Origin: Antedon mediterranea
Lineage: Eukaryota; Animalia; Echinodermata
Assembly: GCF_964355755.1 (NCBI RefSeq)
Contig: NC_092670.1
Coordinates: forward strand, 38,242,388 to 38,306,387
Direction: 5' to 3'
Length of the DNA: 64,000 bases
A program made the position numbers and the translations under genes. Positions 62,901 to 64,000 of this stretch are shown here, piece after piece; positions within the stretch are counted from its first letter, which is position 1, and each line of letters begins with the position of its first letter. A model generated the notes under the pieces. It did not search any database. It was not told where the DNA came from and worked only from the letters and a program-made list of their open reading frames with translations.

Positions 62901-64000
62901 GATTAAGGAGCATTTTAAATAGTTCAAACCTATATTTTACAAAGGACGGAACTGTAGGAGATTCACTTTTTACATAATTAAATATTGGAATAGTTTGCCA
63001 ACTGAAGTTGTCAATTCTCAAACCGCCAACACATATTCAAGGGTACCAGATATCTGGAAACAACATTTTTTCCATCAGTTACACTCCATCCCCTTTTCAA
63101 TTTAAATTTCTGAGACTCCGATAAAGAGGGCTTTATTAATGTTTTAACATTTAACATTTCATAATCATTTATTTATGATATTACTATGTTATTATTTAAA
63201 AACCGATTAGATTCGTTGTAGACATGGGGTTAAAAAGTAAAAAGGCGCACACCGTCTAAACATACCCATTATATCTAAACTAGAGTAAAAAAACTAAAAT
63301 ACCAATTTATACTTCTGGTAGGTTGTCCTTACATAACAATTATATTGCAAGAATTAAATGAAAACTTACGTGCAACTAAATCAAAATATTTCTTGCTAGA
63401 TTCCTCCTTTGACGGTTTCACTTGGCACGTTAATAAATTCAGTTTTACGGGATCCTTTGTACTCGTGGAGTGTGCTATACTAAGATAGCCATCTTTTACT
63501 GTACATTTACGTTTCTGGTATAGACGCATTCCTTTTTCTGCTTTTTTGTGGAGGAAACCATCCTTGAAGGTACCATGGGAGACATCCGTCTCCAGTTGAT
63601 GTAAAGTATATCCTTGTTGTGTCTACAATCATAATTATATCACCAGCAATTCAATTATAACCTTACATAAATTATATTTGTTTATGCTCTTCTCCTAAAC
63701 TTATGTCTACCATATCAAACTACAACATTTTACTTCGTAAAGGTGTAGAAAAAAAAGTGTGATGTGCCCAAAAATGGTAATGATATGCTCAAATATGATA
63801 GTGATATGACATCATCATGTCCATATTTGGGCACATCACACTTTTTTGTCACATAAAGTTTGATAGTGTAGACATAGCTTTACTTGGTTTGCTTCAATAC
63901 TACTAGATAACCTCAAGACTTACATCTCTGCCTAAAGAAGTCGTCAATGAGCCCTTAAGTGTCGTTCGTAAGCCTTGTAACCGTCGTTTTTCTTCATCTT
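50871..64000 (-). CDS. ASAP1: ASAP-family Arf-GAP with SH3, ankyrin repeat and PH domains, 3' part (BAR exons lie beyond the window end)
   Basis: Exons 64000-63924, 63622-63370, 62277-62071, 61534-61312, 60848-60674, 60475-60274, 59922-59732, 59116-58936, 57408-57283, 55095-54991, 53933-53701, 51375-51259, 50942-50871, phase-compatible. PH domain, ArfGAP zinc finger (CCDC...[27 protein letters not shown]), ankyrin (TALHLA, SPLHLC), SH3 ([8 protein letters not shown]..DELTF...WW...GVFPVSFV). Likely pro-ortholog of ASAP1/2/3. Confidence 0.95.
51148..51220 (-). pseudogene. 5S rRNA-derived fragment (pseudogene or SINE3 head)
   Basis: Reverse complement taccgcgttgaaacaccggttctcgtcagatcaccaaagttaagcaacattgggcctggttagagcttgg matches the 5' two-thirds of animal 5S rRNA; both ends missing or diverged. 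Confidence 0.8.
51259..51375 (-). CDS. ASAP1: ASAP exon, SH3 N-terminal part
   Basis: 117 nt; [35 protein letters not shown]. Confidence 0.93.
53701..53933 (-). CDS. ASAP1: ASAP exon, Pro-rich
   Basis: 233 nt, phase 1-0, donor CAA|gtaagc. Confidence 0.85.
54991..55095 (-). CDS. ASAP1: ASAP exon, Pro-rich (MPPPLAPKP)
   Basis: 105 nt, phase 1-1, tandem acceptor tagCAG. Confidence 0.8.
57283..57408 (-). CDS. ASAP1: ASAP exon (GHKRTTSD...VPPVR)
   Basis: 126 nt, phase 1-1; branch-point-like ctaac upstream of the acceptor. Confidence 0.85.
58240..58520. repeat. Degenerate 26-27 bp GC-rich tandem repeat
   Basis: Consensus aggagct(c/g)taggc(c/t)a(t/c)ccaaggagaa, about 11 units. Confidence 0.8.
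58936..59116 (-). CDS. ASAP1: ASAP exon, Ser/Pro-rich (…APPVPPRR)
   Basis: 181 nt, phase 0-1. Confidence 0.87.
59732..59922 (-). CDS. ASAP1: ASAP exon, ankyrin end and acidic motif
   Basis: 191 nt; NDSGESALDLA...DFSDDDLDE. Confidence 0.92.
60274..60475 (-). CDS. ASAP1: ASAP exon, ankyrin repeats
   Basis: 202 nt; TALHLAV...HIVDFIVQNS...GNSPLHLC. Confidence 0.93.
60674..60848 (-). CDS. ASAP1: ASAP exon, ArfGAP end
   Basis: 175 nt; RKDFIHAKYIDHKY. Confidence 0.92.
60980..61282 (-). mobile_element. SINE, near full length (3' fragments at 3770-3930 and 24476-24610, plus strand)
   Basis: tRNA-like head (agaccggttaagac...ggattcgaagg), core ggataaggactataaaccgtaggtc...gcactttaaagaac, tail ...cccagtataa shared among three copies. 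Confidence 0.65.
61312..61534 (-). CDS. ASAP1: ASAP exon, ArfGAP core
   Basis: 223 nt; [36 protein letters not shown]. Confidence 0.95.
62071..62277 (-). CDS. ASAP1: ASAP exon, PH end and ArfGAP start
   Basis: 207 nt; RTYHFMAE...LPGNHICCDC. Confidence 0.93.
63370..63622 (-). CDS. ASAP1: ASAP exon, PH domain
   Basis: 253 nt; GYTLHQL...KLNLLTCQVK. Confidence 0.92.
63924..64000 (-). CDS. ASAP1: ASAP exon (partial; DEEKRRLQGLRTTLKGSL), end of BAR
   Basis: Donor GAT|gtaagt. Confidence 0.85.

Overview
AT-rich genomic DNA from an invertebrate animal; the repeat style suggests a deuterostome or echinoderm, but that is not provable here. Three spliced genes were rebuilt by hand with GT-AG boundaries and consistent phases. 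(1) A HECW1/2 (NEDL) E3 ubiquitin ligase on the minus strand, covering HECW_N, C2, a long linker and WW1, and continuing beyond base 1. (2) A complete 168-aa PRL/PTP4A phosphatase on the plus strand, head-to-head with HECW. (3) The 3' part of an ASAP-family ArfGAP on the minus strand (PH, ArfGAP, ankyrin, Pro-rich, SH3). Introns carry many non-autonomous transposons: about 23 copies of one palindromic MITE, two nested Mutator-like elements, a Helitron, Kolobok-like and Tc1/mariner-like elements, SINEs and a 5S-derived piece, plus several minisatellites. The most interesting signal is absent from the ORF track: a spliced 31-codon upstream ORF in the PRL 5' leader (MCKPSE|YWQSCGHCFMAIVVEAGEYCQSQHE). 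Its C-terminal half resembles the vertebrate Mg2+-responsive PTP4A uORF peptide, and it carries a C-x2-C-x11-C-x3-H motif.
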